In this document: one piece after another, positions 50,256-61,220 of the stretch
How positions within the stretch are numbered: position 1 is the first letter of the stretch
Layout of the letters: each line of letters begins with the position of its first letter
Origin: Marinicella sp.
GTDB lineage: Bacteria > Pseudomonadota > Gammaproteobacteria > Xanthomonadales > Marinicellaceae
Direction of reading: 5' to 3'
Length of the DNA stretch: 64,000 nucleotides
Assembly (NCBI GenBank): GCA_965230295.1
Contig: OZ246001.1
Location: 3,008,001-3,072,000, forward strand
Program-made: the position numbers and the translations under genes
Notes under the pieces: generated by a model
What the model saw: the letters and a program-made list of their open reading frames with translations, nothing else
Database searches by the model: none
What the model was told of the DNA's origin: nothing

Positions 50256-52217
50256 TTATTCAAAGCCGTTTTGGAATATAAGTTCATAAGTAACAGGAAT
50301 GTTCTTGTTAAACATGTTGTCAGCAGGATAACCATCAGCACCTGTAAGCATTGAGACGCTACCCAAAATATTCACTTCTTCGCTTTCAGCTGCCGATGTG
50401 TCAAAATGGATGGTAAAAGTTGTCCCTGTATCAGGCGGCATGTTCATAAGCGAATATGAAATCTCACCAGATGTTCCACCAACTCCAACACATGCAGGGT
50501 CGAAATCACATGTCCAGGAAATATTTGATGTATTGATAGGGTCTAGTGTAATGAGAACTTCTATGTCCTCTGTTTGGTAGCCTGAATTTTCAACATATAC
50601 GATCAACTCAGGAGCATATCCATTCAGAGTTTGAATGTTTTGTAACACAGCTCTGGCATCAGGAGTATAGCAACCAATCGGACCTGCATCGATGATGGTC
50701 CATCCTTTTAGATTGATTAAATCGTCTCGTGCAGAACTCGACTCGCAGTAAGGTGTACCATCAGCATTGAAAGTGACATTACTCATTACATTTTGTGAAG
50801 CGAGGTTAGACAGCCAGCGGTCATAGTTTCTTGTTGAAAACCCTGGTATCAATGACGTGTCGAAGTAACCAAACATGTTAGTCATGTCACTGACATTTTG
50901 CACATCCCAGAACTGAAGGTCCGGGTTAGCTTTTGGAGTGTGTAAAAACATGTGGAACATGTCAGTCACATTAGAAACGTCCCAATTGGTCACATCAGGA
51001 TTGGCTTCGTCAGCTCCAGCAAACATGGCATTCATAGTGGTGACTGATGATGTATCCCAATTTTCAACTTCGGGATCGGCAACATTCGCGTCAATGAACA
51101 TTCTACTCATATCGACCACATTGGAAGTATCCCATTTTGATACGTTGGGGTTAGCAATTTCAGCACTTGCAAACATAACACTCGTGGTGGTGACAGATGA
51201 TGTATCCCAATTTTCAACATCAGGGTTGGCGCAACAAGTTCCACTGAACATGCCGCCAATGGATTCTACATTTGAAATATCCCATCCACTGACATCTGGA
51301 TCGGCATCAGAAAGACTGAACATTGAAGACATGTTAGTTACATTTGATACAACCCAACTACTCACATTCGGAGTGAAATTGACCCCAAAAAACATACCTG
51401 ACATGTCGGTTATGTTTGAAACATCCCAACTTCCTACATCATAAGTGCCAGTGGAGTAATAAAACATGCTCGACATATTTGTTACACTTGACAAATTCCA
51501 GTCTCCTACATCTGCTTCTCCAGATGCGCCAGCAAACATAAAGCTCATATTTTCAACACTACTTGTAATCCAATCGCCAGTATCAGGTACAAATGACTGA
51601 ACCCCATCGTCATTAATTCCTCCTGTTTCTCTGAATGTACCGCGCATATTTGTTACATTACTAACGTCCCATGAACCAAAGCCCCGAATATTGCCAGCTG
51701 CTTTCCAGAAAGCATGATCCAAATTTCTTGCAGATGACATGTCCCAATCACTTAGATCGACATCAACTTCACAATTTCCACACATATATGTAAAGTCAGT
51801 TACTTGAGATAGGTCAGGTGGGTTTTGTAGTGCAAATGTAATGCCTTTCGCTTCTCTGAAAGCGGATTTCATAGACAACCAGGGCATGTCCATTTCAAGT
51901 ATGCGGATTATTTGGCGGTTCCGAGCAGAGCGAGAGCCAAATAGATAAGGATTTGGAAAATTTCCAGTGATCCTAACAGTATAGATTCTAGGGCTAAAAT
52001 ATGTGTACTGAACATTTCCAGTTTGCCCAGTGAGTTCAGGATTACCATCATTATCGAGATCTACATTAAAATTGTATGGAAGGCTAGGATCAGTCCTTAT
52101 ATCGAGAGTTAATCCGTCGGGTAATTGGTCATTCGCTTCGAATTCAAAGACGAAATCAGCATTTGCCGAGAACGATACAAGAATAAGAAATAAAATGGAA
52201 GAAATTGTATATTTCAT
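50256..52217 (-). CDS. DUF285/BspA-like surface repeat protein
   Basis: About 12 WDxSxVxxMxxMF repeats; RBS GAGGTGA; tail LIFQNGFE. Confidence 0.9.
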   Translation of the reverse strand: MKYTISSILFLILVSFSANADFVFEFEANDQLPDGLTLDIRTDPSLPYNFNVDLDNDGNPELTGQTGNVQYTYFSPRIYTVRITGNFPNPYLFGSRSARNRQIIRILEMDMPWLSMKSAFREAKGITFALQNPPDLSQVTDFTYMCGNCEVDVDLSDWDMSSARNLDHAFWKAAGNIRGFGSWDVSNVTNMRGTFRETGGINDDGVQSFVPDTGDWITSSVENMSFMFAGASGEADVGDWNLSSVTNMSSMFYYSTGTYDVGSWDVSNITDMSGMFFGVNFTPNVSSWVVSNVTNMSSMFSLSDADPDVSGWDISNVESIGGMFSGTCCANPDVENWDTSSVTTTSVMFASAEIANPNVSKWDTSNVVDMSRMFIDANVADPEVENWDTSSVTTMNAMFAGADEANPDVTNWDVSNVTDMFHMFLHTPKANPDLQFWDVQNVSDMTNMFGYFDTSLIPGFSTRNYDRWLSNLASQNVMSNVTFNADGTPYCESSSARDDLINLKGWTIIDAGPIGCYTPDARAVLQNIQTLNGYAPELIVYVENSGYQTEDIEVLITLDPINTSNISWTCDFDPACVGVGGTSGEISYSLMNMPPDTGTTFTIHFDTSAAESEEVNILGSVSMLTGADGYPADNMFNKNIPVTYELIFQNGFE

Positions 52218-52266
52218 GGTTCACCTCGTTTTACTTAATTTAAAGTTCATTGATAATGAAATGCTT

Positions 52267-52449
52267 TTAAAGAGATTCAAAACATTTGATTTCACTGAGT
52301 AATAGGATTGACCGAAGAGAAGACTCAGAGTCGACAATCACAAAATAATGCATGACATTTTTGAGGGTGCAAATGGCCTGATCACCATTTTTTAAGAAGA
52401 TTCTGATGTTGGCATTGTGTTTAAATTGTTCTAGTAATTGATTTCTCAT
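52267..52449 (-). CDS. Small Hfq/Sm-like fold protein (paralogue 4)
   Basis: 43/60 identical to 30936..31124; IRIFLKNG motif; first gene of a probable operon with the DUF285 gene. Confidence 0.6.
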   Translation of the reverse strand: MRNQLLEQFKHNANIRIFLKNGDQAICTLKNVMHYFVIVDSESSLRSILLLSEIKCFESL

Positions 52450-52509
52450 GGCACACCCTTAATTGGTCGTTAAACTTGAAACCAGTTTAAGATGCATGGT
52501 TTATATTGA

Positions 52510-52537
52510 CCTTACCGAAACCGGATTAATATCTGTT
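52510..52537 (-). promoter_or_regulatory. 11-bp-period box
   Basis: CCTTAC 52510, CCGGAT 52521, TCTGTT 52532; TAAACT -10 at 52484-52489. Confidence 0.7.
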
Positions 52538-52732
52538 TTTATCTTTAAAAACTTGAAAAAAACCTAAAAAAAATAAAAATGACAGTTTTAGACTGGATAT
52601 ATAAAAACCTGGCTAAGTTGTAGCTGACTTAAAGGAAATTTGTTAATCAGTAACAGAGGCTTTATCTAAATTTTGAATGAAAATGGTTACTACATAAATA
52701 ATTAAGAAGTTATTAGGAGGTATGTTTAATAA

Positions 52733-52771
52733 ATCAGGTATTAATTAAGTAAAGGTCAGCAATAGATCAGG
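52733..52771 (+). promoter_or_regulatory. 11-bp-period box
   Basis: ATCAGG 52733, GTCAGC 52755, ATCAGG 52766; AATAAT at 52792-52797. Confidence 0.7.
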
Positions 52772-52845
52772 ATTATGATTTAAATATATTCAATAATTAA
52801 ATTGATGCAATGGATGTGTCTTATTAATTTAGTGAATTACAAATC

Positions 52846-53952
52846 ATGAGTGTGTATATGTTGAAATCATCAAGTCGTATCGAAAAGAAGGTTTTGCCTC
52901 CATATTTTTTAAACCTCCCAGTTTATATGCTGATATATTTTGGTTTATTAACTATCCCTAGATCAGCCTTTCCAGAAACACCTTCTTCTGAATATAAATC
53001 AGATCCAGATTACTCTGTTGTTATAGATGGGATACCTAATCAATACGATGATGTGTTGAACACACCAGAAATAGATAAAGTGGATTTGGAAGCATTGATA
53101 TGGGAACCAGAAGTGGCCGGTATCTATCCGGCAATCATTATGCTACATGGGGCAGGTGGCTTGTATTACCAAAGTGATGACTCATGTGATGATGCTGACA
53201 GGAGTTGTTGGGGGTTATCTGGCAAATTTCGATACTGGGCTCATTTATTAAGTAAAGGTCACCCATACGATTATTCGGATAAATTTATCATCATTGCAGT
53301 TGATTCCCACACCCCACGAGGTTATGACCATCATGGAGTGTCTCAAATAGCCAGTGGATCCAGACCTGCAAATGTCACAGCTCATCTTGGTAGGCCTTGG
53401 GATTTTTATGCAGCACTGAATTATTTAAAGTCACGAGATGATGTGATTCAAAATGAAATTTTTGCTCTGGGGTTTTCTGATGGCGGTGGGGGGGTGTTGA
53501 GTGCAATCGCTGCATCAGATCAAGCCGTTATGGTTAATGAATCTGATTATTTTCATGGAATTGATAACAACTCTGAAGAGGGGCGTGCAGTAATGGCCGA
53601 TGATTCAGTCAGCGGCGCTGTAGTTTTTTATCCAAGTTGTGGTCTTCAAGGTTATTTTAATGGTGCATACACTCATTTTGGACAACTATTGGTCCAAGTT
53701 GGCAGTGATGATGACATCACTGTGCCGTCAAGATGTATTGAACGCCAATCTGAATCCATTGGTTTAGGAATAAGCCCGACTGATTTTGTTATTGATATTT
53801 ACGAAGGGGCTGATCATGGTTTCGATTATTTTGAATCTGAAACTCAAAATGCCTGTATTGCAACAGAAAAGGCTATTTCATTTTTTTCAGCAAAAGTAGG
53901 TGACAGCATTTTTTCATCTCACTTTAACTCTAATGTTTGTGCAGAAAATTAA
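52846..53952 (+). CDS. Dienelactone-hydrolase-family alpha/beta hydrolase, exported
   Basis: PAIIMLHGAGG, nucleophile GFSDGG, VGSDDDIT (Asp), YEGADHGFD (His); tail DSIFSSHFN. Start position uncertain. Confidence 0.85.
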   Translation: MSVYMLKSSSRIEKKVLPPYFLNLPVYMLIYFGLLTIPRSAFPETPSSEYKSDPDYSVVIDGIPNQYDDVLNTPEIDKVDLEALIWEPEVAGIYPAIIMLHGAGGLYYQSDDSCDDADRSCWGLSGKFRYWAHLLSKGHPYDYSDKFIIIAVDSHTPRGYDHHGVSQIASGSRPANVTAHLGRPWDFYAALNYLKSRDDVIQNEIFALGFSDGGGGVLSAIAASDQAVMVNESDYFHGIDNNSEEGRAVMADDSVSGAVVFYPSCGLQGYFNGAYTHFGQLLVQVGSDDDITVPSRCIERQSESIGLGISPTDFVIDIYEGADHGFDYFESETQNACIATEKAISFFSAKVGDSIFSSHFNSNVCAEN

Positions 53953-54166
53953 TCGCCAGCTTTGAAATGATCCGTTTTGTGCTGAGAATTAAGATAGGTT
54001 GAGAGTGAAGTAACCGAGAATGTAAACTAACTTGAGTACGCCTTGGTTGATTATATTTTGAAGACAACGTAACGTGATACATTTATAAATCAAGGGTCAA
54101 CTAAAATCGGGTGTGTGCGCTGAAGGGCTCCCTATCCATTGAAGCCCCAGAAGCTTGCTTATTTGG

Positions 54167-54697
54167 TCATTCCAGTACAGCCAGTAAGTGATCAAACCCT
54201 TTACTGCTGGCGATTTCTGCTGCCGATAAACCCTCGGTGGTTTTAATGGAAGCATCTGCGCCATGGTCAACCAGGCTTCTGGCAACCTCTGCATGGTTAT
54301 AAAATACGGCGTACATCAAAGCAGTCCACCCATCTGATGTCGTTATATTCATATCAGCACTCATGTCGATCAACAACTTGGCTGTATCGTGATGGCCATT
54401 CGAAGCGGCAAAATGCAAAGCTGTCCAATCGCTGCTGTCGATTTTGTCGATTTCCGCACCATGCATTAGCAACATTGAAACAGTGTCAGTATGACCTGCC
54501 CCGGCAGCATATGACAACAAAGAAACATTTTCCTTTTCAGACACCGTGTTTACATCAGCACCATCGATGATGGCTTTTTCTAAAAATTCAGTTTTGCCAT
54601 TATAAGCGGCACTGATCAGCTGTTTGTCAGTGGTTCCCCCACAAGCTTGAAGGATGATTAAAGTAAAGCATACAATGCTTAAATATATAAATTTCAT
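54167..54697 (-). CDS. Ankyrin-repeat lipoprotein
   Basis: Lipobox ILQAC; TALHFAASNGH, TALMYAVFYNH repeats. Confidence 0.9.
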   Translation of the reverse strand: MKFIYLSIVCFTLIILQACGGTTDKQLISAAYNGKTEFLEKAIIDGADVNTVSEKENVSLLSYAAGAGHTDTVSMLLMHGAEIDKIDSSDWTALHFAASNGHHDTAKLLIDMSADMNITTSDGWTALMYAVFYNHAEVARSLVDHGADASIKTTEGLSAAEIASSKGFDHLLAVLE

Positions 54698-54755
54698 TTG
54701 ATTCTCTCCTGTAACTATTTACAGCTGCCAGCTTAATACAGAGCTATGGTATTAC

Positions 54756-54783
54756 CCTGACTTAAACCTGATGAATTCCTGAT
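54756..54783 (-). promoter_or_regulatory. 11-bp-period box (near-perfect)
   Basis: CCTGAC 54756, CCTGAT 54767, CCTGAT 54778; TAAGCT -10 at 54730-54735. Confidence 0.8.
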
Positions 54784-55128
54784 TTATGGCAGGTAGTCAT
54801 TTTTTTTTTTGATTTTTACTGATTTTAGTATTGGAAGCCTCTATAAGTAATCACCTTCATTTTCAGATATTGCTGAAAACCTTTCGCACATTTAATTGCA
54901 GCGGTCTCAAGCAGTGTTCTGATAGTCAATTACAAATTGCATGTCAGGCTGTTGGCTTTTTTGTCTGCATCATCAGATTACTGGAAAAGAATGGTTTCAG
55001 GCAATCAATTGACTGCTTGTTCGGTTTTGAGATCAAACCCTGCCACAGGCTGCTTCTCAGTTGAGAAATTTCATCTCTGGATCTTTAATGACATGTACAA
55101 TAGACAAGAGTTCAATAATCGATTTTGC

Positions 55129-55836
55129 ATGTTACACCCTGTTATGAATCAAGCCGTGGTTGCTGCTTTAAGAGAAAATGTCTTATTTTCGGGCATGGAT
55201 GATGAGCAGTTTAATCAAGTCCTCAGCCATGCCGATTTATTAAATAAACAACCGGATCAAATGTTGTTCCAACAAGGCATGGATTTGAGTCACTTTTATT
55301 ACGTTTATGACGGTGCGATCAAATTAAGCAGAAGCACCATACGCGGCGATGAAAAAATCATTGAAGTGGTGTTCGCGGGTCGTACATTTGCTGAAGGAGT
55401 CTTGTTTTCTGGTGCACCGAAATATCCGGTCACTGCCACAGCACTCAAACCATCGGTGGTGGTTGGTATCCAAGCCAAACCGTTTTTAAAATTACTGCAA
55501 AGTTCTGCTGATTTATGCATCAATATGTTGGGACACCTGTCAGTCAAGCTGCATTGGATGGTCAAAGAACTGGACAACCAAACTTTACACAATGCTTCAT
55601 TCAGGGTGATTGATTATTTCTTGGCTCAGGTAGAGCAGGGGTCCAGTGAACAATACACATTGAAACTGTCGGTTCCAAAGCGGGACATTGCTTCCAGGTT
55701 GTCTATCAAACCTGAAACCTTTTCACGGGCTTTAAAGTCCCTGGAAAAAAAATCGCTGATAGAGGTCAAAGAAAAGAAAATCATCCTCAACAATGTCGAT
55801 GAACTCCGTTCAATGTTAGAAACCGAAGCTCTGTGA
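55129..55836 (+). CDS. dnr: Crp/Fnr family regulator, DNR-type (NO/haem-sensing)
   Basis: cNMP-like domain (LFQQG, GDEKII, FAEGVLF, YPVTA), HTH IASRLSIKPETFSR, no FNR Cys cluster, next to nirS. Start is 55129 or 55144. Confidence 0.8.
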   Translation: MLHPVMNQAVVAALRENVLFSGMDDEQFNQVLSHADLLNKQPDQMLFQQGMDLSHFYYVYDGAIKLSRSTIRGDEKIIEVVFAGRTFAEGVLFSGAPKYPVTATALKPSVVVGIQAKPFLKLLQSSADLCINMLGHLSVKLHWMVKELDNQTLHNASFRVIDYFLAQVEQGSSEQYTLKLSVPKRDIASRLSIKPETFSRALKSLEKKSLIEVKEKKIILNNVDELRSMLETEAL

Positions 55837-55920
55837 GGTTGGTTGTAGTTTAATTCAACAAAAAAAAGCGCTGCCCTCGGAGGAAGCCAGCGCCAAAGTA
55901 AAAAAATGTTTATTTGGTCA

Positions 55921-55954
55921 GACCTGAACCCTCCCATCCCTGGGTTTTCAGGTC
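55921..55954 (-). terminator. Hairpin downstream of nirS
   Basis: GACCTGAA-CCC..GGG-TT-TTCAGGTC. Confidence 0.5.
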
Positions 55955-55965
55955 CAGCCAATTAA

Positions 55966-58104
<2,139 letters not shown>

Positions 58105-58211
58105 CTACTGCTTAGTAATGTGATGCTGAGAAGATCTGTGTTTACCCACGCAAAATGATCCCAGCTAATAACTCTTGTCAGTTAATTTATAAGTTTTGCT
58201 TCGGAATGTAA

Positions 58212-58225
58212 TTGACATACATCAA
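58212..58225. promoter_or_regulatory. FNR/DNR box upstream of nirS
   Basis: TTGAC-ATAC-ATCAA. Confidence 0.8.
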
Positions 58226-58258
58226 TTATGACCAATCAATTTGCCACACCCACTGTGT

Positions 58259-60439
58259 TCACCACTCTATGGTATAAGCCAGTTTGACATGTCTGGATGC
58301 CTGGGTCATGGCTTCGATGATTGGGTCAAAGTTGTCGAAATTTCTGACTTGTTGCCACAACCAATATTTCTTGTCTGTCAGGTTATAAATGCCCAGACGC
58401 AGCTGGCTGTTGTGACTGATTTGATAACCCAGCATCAAGTCGAATGTGGCGTAACCTGGTGTTTTGAATAACTCATCGTCTTCATCATCCACTCGATTTT
58501 GTGCTTGGCTGAAGATGCCATATAGACCAGCGTCCCAATTCCCATCGGGCGATTGCCATTTCACATGACCTGTGGCTTTTGGAGGTGAAATGTGATTCAG
58601 TGGTTGGCTGGTGTTGTCATTTTCACCACGGGTGTAAGCCAGTTGCCAACCCGATGACCAGTGATCGGTGATTTGCCACTGGAAATCCAGTTCAGCACCA
58701 TATATAGTGGCATCTTCTACATTTCTTGACTGGAAAATCAAAGCCCCACTGTCAGGATCGGCTCCAACCAAGTCACGACTGACAATTAAATTTTGATAAT
58801 CGTTATGGAATACATTGAAATTGATTTGATGGGCATCGCCACTGTACCTGAATCCAATTTCCAAGCCATTGGAAGTTTCAGATTTGAGGTCGGGGTTTGG
58901 AATGGCTTGGTAATTGAACAAGGCCAGGTTAAAACCAATGTTCACATCATCATAGGGTGGGGCTCTGAAGCCTCTTACATACTGCGCATAGACATTGATT
59001 TCATCGTTCAGATCATACATGACACCTAATTTTGGTGAGAAATCAGACTCAATGATGGAGACAACTTCTGCATCACCAGAGCCATTGTCAAACAACTGAT
59101 CCCGATTGGGGGACAAATCATAATGATCAAACCGGAGGGCAGGGACCAAGGTCCAGGCAGAATCACCGAAGGTGATTTCATCATGGATGAATAATCCCAA
59201 CTCTTTGACATCTGTGATGGGGAAATCCCGCAACGGGAAATTTTCTCCCAGCACCACATTTGTCGTGATGTTGGTGTCCAAGTTGGTTTCTCGCGCATCT
59301 CTGGATTCTGTGACTTCAGTTGAAACATATTCCAAACCATAAATCAGCTGATGTTGGGTGCGGTCAGTCGAAAAAGTCTTGGTGAAGTTCAGTTCCAAGC
59401 CGGTTCGGTTGCTGTCAAAATTGAATTGTCGAAATTGAAACAAGGGTGTCCCACGCCGAGAGAAGCGGTTTTCAAAAGTGTCCTGGGTCAATTCTGTCCC
59501 GGCGTGATAGACCAGGGCAGTGCCTTGATCTGCCCACCCGGAAGACAGGTTGAAATCATAACTCAGACTGAATTGATGGTCTTTTGATTCGTCCTTGCCA
59601 CTGAGTGCGGTGGTGCGGATAAACCGGCCCTCGCCTATGAATGAGTTGATCTGGGTGAACTGATCTTTTTGTTGGGCCCGAAAACCCAAAGACCAAGTGT
59701 TGCCATTGGCCGTGTCAATGTTCCACTTGCCAAAAATGGATTGTGAATCCCAATCGGCTGTGTCTTTGGGTAGGTTTGAATTTTCATTGACCACACCTTT
59801 GCCATCGCGCTGTGTGACAGACAGCAGCAACCCATGGTTTTCATGGTCCCAAGCCGAACTCAGGGTGACAAAACGACCGTGACGTTTGCCATCGTATCCC
59901 AAACGCAAGCGGGTCCAGTTATCATCCGGATGGTTGGCCAACAACACATCCGGATCCCAGGTGTTGATGGCAACAATGCCACCCAAGGCGTTACTGCCAT
60001 ACAGGGTTGAAGCCGGTCCTTTGAGGATTTCAATGTTTTGAATCAAATCAATTTCCGGGAAACTGGATGTGGCAAAGGAATAGGAACCTAAATCAAAGGT
60101 TTTGGCGTTGGGTGCACCATCAATTTCAATCGCCACACGGTTACCACCGATGCCGCGGATGTTGATTCCTGAGGTGCCGAATCGAGTGCCCCCATCCTCA
60201 ATATGGATGTTGCCCTCATATTTGATTGCATTGGCAATGTCCTGACTGAGGGTGGTTTCAATCTGCCCGGCTGAAATCACTGAAACATCACCAACCACCT
60301 CTTGCACCGGTCGGGCTTGTTTATAGGCGACAACCACCATGTCATCCAGTACAGTGGTGTCTTCCGGTGGCGGACTGGTTTGTGCGTGAGCACCCATCGA
60401 CAGTGCCAGTAAGGCACCCATACATGCTTTAACTTTCAT
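58259..60439 (-). CDS. TonB-dependent haem/haemoglobin-family receptor
   Basis: Plug INIRGIGGNRV..IEILKGPASTLYGSNALGG; FRAP and NPDL motifs (GFRAPP, PNPDLKSE); terminal W. Confidence 0.9.
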   Translation of the reverse strand: MKVKACMGALLALSMGAHAQTSPPPEDTTVLDDMVVVAYKQARPVQEVVGDVSVISAGQIETTLSQDIANAIKYEGNIHIEDGGTRFGTSGINIRGIGGNRVAIEIDGAPNAKTFDLGSYSFATSSFPEIDLIQNIEILKGPASTLYGSNALGGIVAINTWDPDVLLANHPDDNWTRLRLGYDGKRHGRFVTLSSAWDHENHGLLLSVTQRDGKGVVNENSNLPKDTADWDSQSIFGKWNIDTANGNTWSLGFRAQQKDQFTQINSFIGEGRFIRTTALSGKDESKDHQFSLSYDFNLSSGWADQGTALVYHAGTELTQDTFENRFSRRGTPLFQFRQFNFDSNRTGLELNFTKTFSTDRTQHQLIYGLEYVSTEVTESRDARETNLDTNITTNVVLGENFPLRDFPITDVKELGLFIHDEITFGDSAWTLVPALRFDHYDLSPNRDQLFDNGSGDAEVVSIIESDFSPKLGVMYDLNDEINVYAQYVRGFRAPPYDDVNIGFNLALFNYQAIPNPDLKSETSNGLEIGFRYSGDAHQINFNVFHNDYQNLIVSRDLVGADPDSGALIFQSRNVEDATIYGAELDFQWQITDHWSSGWQLAYTRGENDNTSQPLNHISPPKATGHVKWQSPDGNWDAGLYGIFSQAQNRVDDEDDELFKTPGYATFDLMLGYQISHNSQLRLGIYNLTDKKYWLWQQVRNFDNFDPIIEAMTQASRHVKLAYTIEW

Positions 60440-60510
60440 ACTTTAATTCCAAAAAGATATTGCTTTTAAAAAGAACGTATTCAGTTTAGAAAGGTGGAAA
60501 TGATTTGTAT

Positions 60511-60524
60511 TTGACTTGAGTCAA
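60511..60524. promoter_or_regulatory. FNR/DNR box upstream of the TonB receptor
   Basis: TTGAC-TTGA-GTCAA. Confidence 0.7.
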
Positions 60525-60558
60525 GTGTGTGATTATGGTGCCTATAAATGCCAATTGT

Positions 60559-60572
60559 TTGATTTGAATCAA
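60559..60572. promoter_or_regulatory. Consensus FNR/DNR box
   Basis: TTGAT-TTGA-ATCAA. Confidence 0.8.
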
Positions 60573-60696
60573 GCATTTGAACGTAAGGTATCTTGTCGTT
60601 GCTATTGAGTTTTTTGAGTTAGTTAGCGTGAATTCGGACAATTTTTTACTCAATTCTTATGTCAAATAATTGGCTTGAAACATATATAATTGCCAG

Positions 60697-60843
60697 ATGA
60701 ATGAAAACCAAGCAAAACAAGAAAATGGCAAACAAAGCCCTGCCAAGTTGACTTTCCTTTTTATCTTACTGCCCATCTTAGTGGTGGCATTGATGGTGAT
60801 TTTCTGGGTCATTTTCAAGGAAACCAGAAAGCAAACCTTGTGA
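60697..60843 (+). CDS. Putative 48-aa single-TM protein (below the ORF-track cutoff)
   Basis: MNENQAKQENGKQSPAKLTFLFILLPILVVALMVIFWVIFKETRKQTL; TATAAT ends 6 nt before the ATG. Confidence 0.4.
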   Translation: MNENQAKQENGKQSPAKLTFLFILLPILVVALMVIFWVIFKETRKQTL

Positions 60844-61220
60844 CCACAATGGTGGCCCCTATTTCGACAAACCTGGTTGTACAGGAAAACGTTAACAAGA
60901 GGTTGTACCCGATCAGAACAATGGTCTGATATGACTTCTGTATTCTTGAATCCATTCAAAAAGGAAGTACCAAGGGCATTCCTTAATAACGAACTCATGC
61001 TTTTCATTGATAAGAGGGTGTAATTGTCTGGATTCAACTTTTTGCAGAAGAAATGAGCATCGGAGGATGAAGAATCAAAGGTTAAATTTCTGAAGCTAAA
61101 GTATGAAGAAAACTTCAGAAAAATAAACCCAGAGACATGTATGTACCGATGCTCATTGTCGGTTAAAGGTAACAAAGGCCAATTGCTTCCTTGCAACCAG
61201 CCCTTATTCCTTGATTAAAG

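Noticed and set aside
37808-52217. Regular ~75-bp repeats that might suggest a CRISPR array
   Set aside because: They are degenerate coding repeats (25-aa DUF285 units) inside long ORFs; there are no unique spacers and no cas genes.
54937-55128. N-terminal extension of the Crp/Fnr ORF with Cys residues (FNR-like)
   Set aside because: Arises from an upstream TTG in promoter-like sequence; homology begins near 55144.
60657-61196. 179-aa minus-strand ORF
   Set aside because: TTG start, no recognisable domain, atypical composition; overlaps a more plausible + strand TM ORF.
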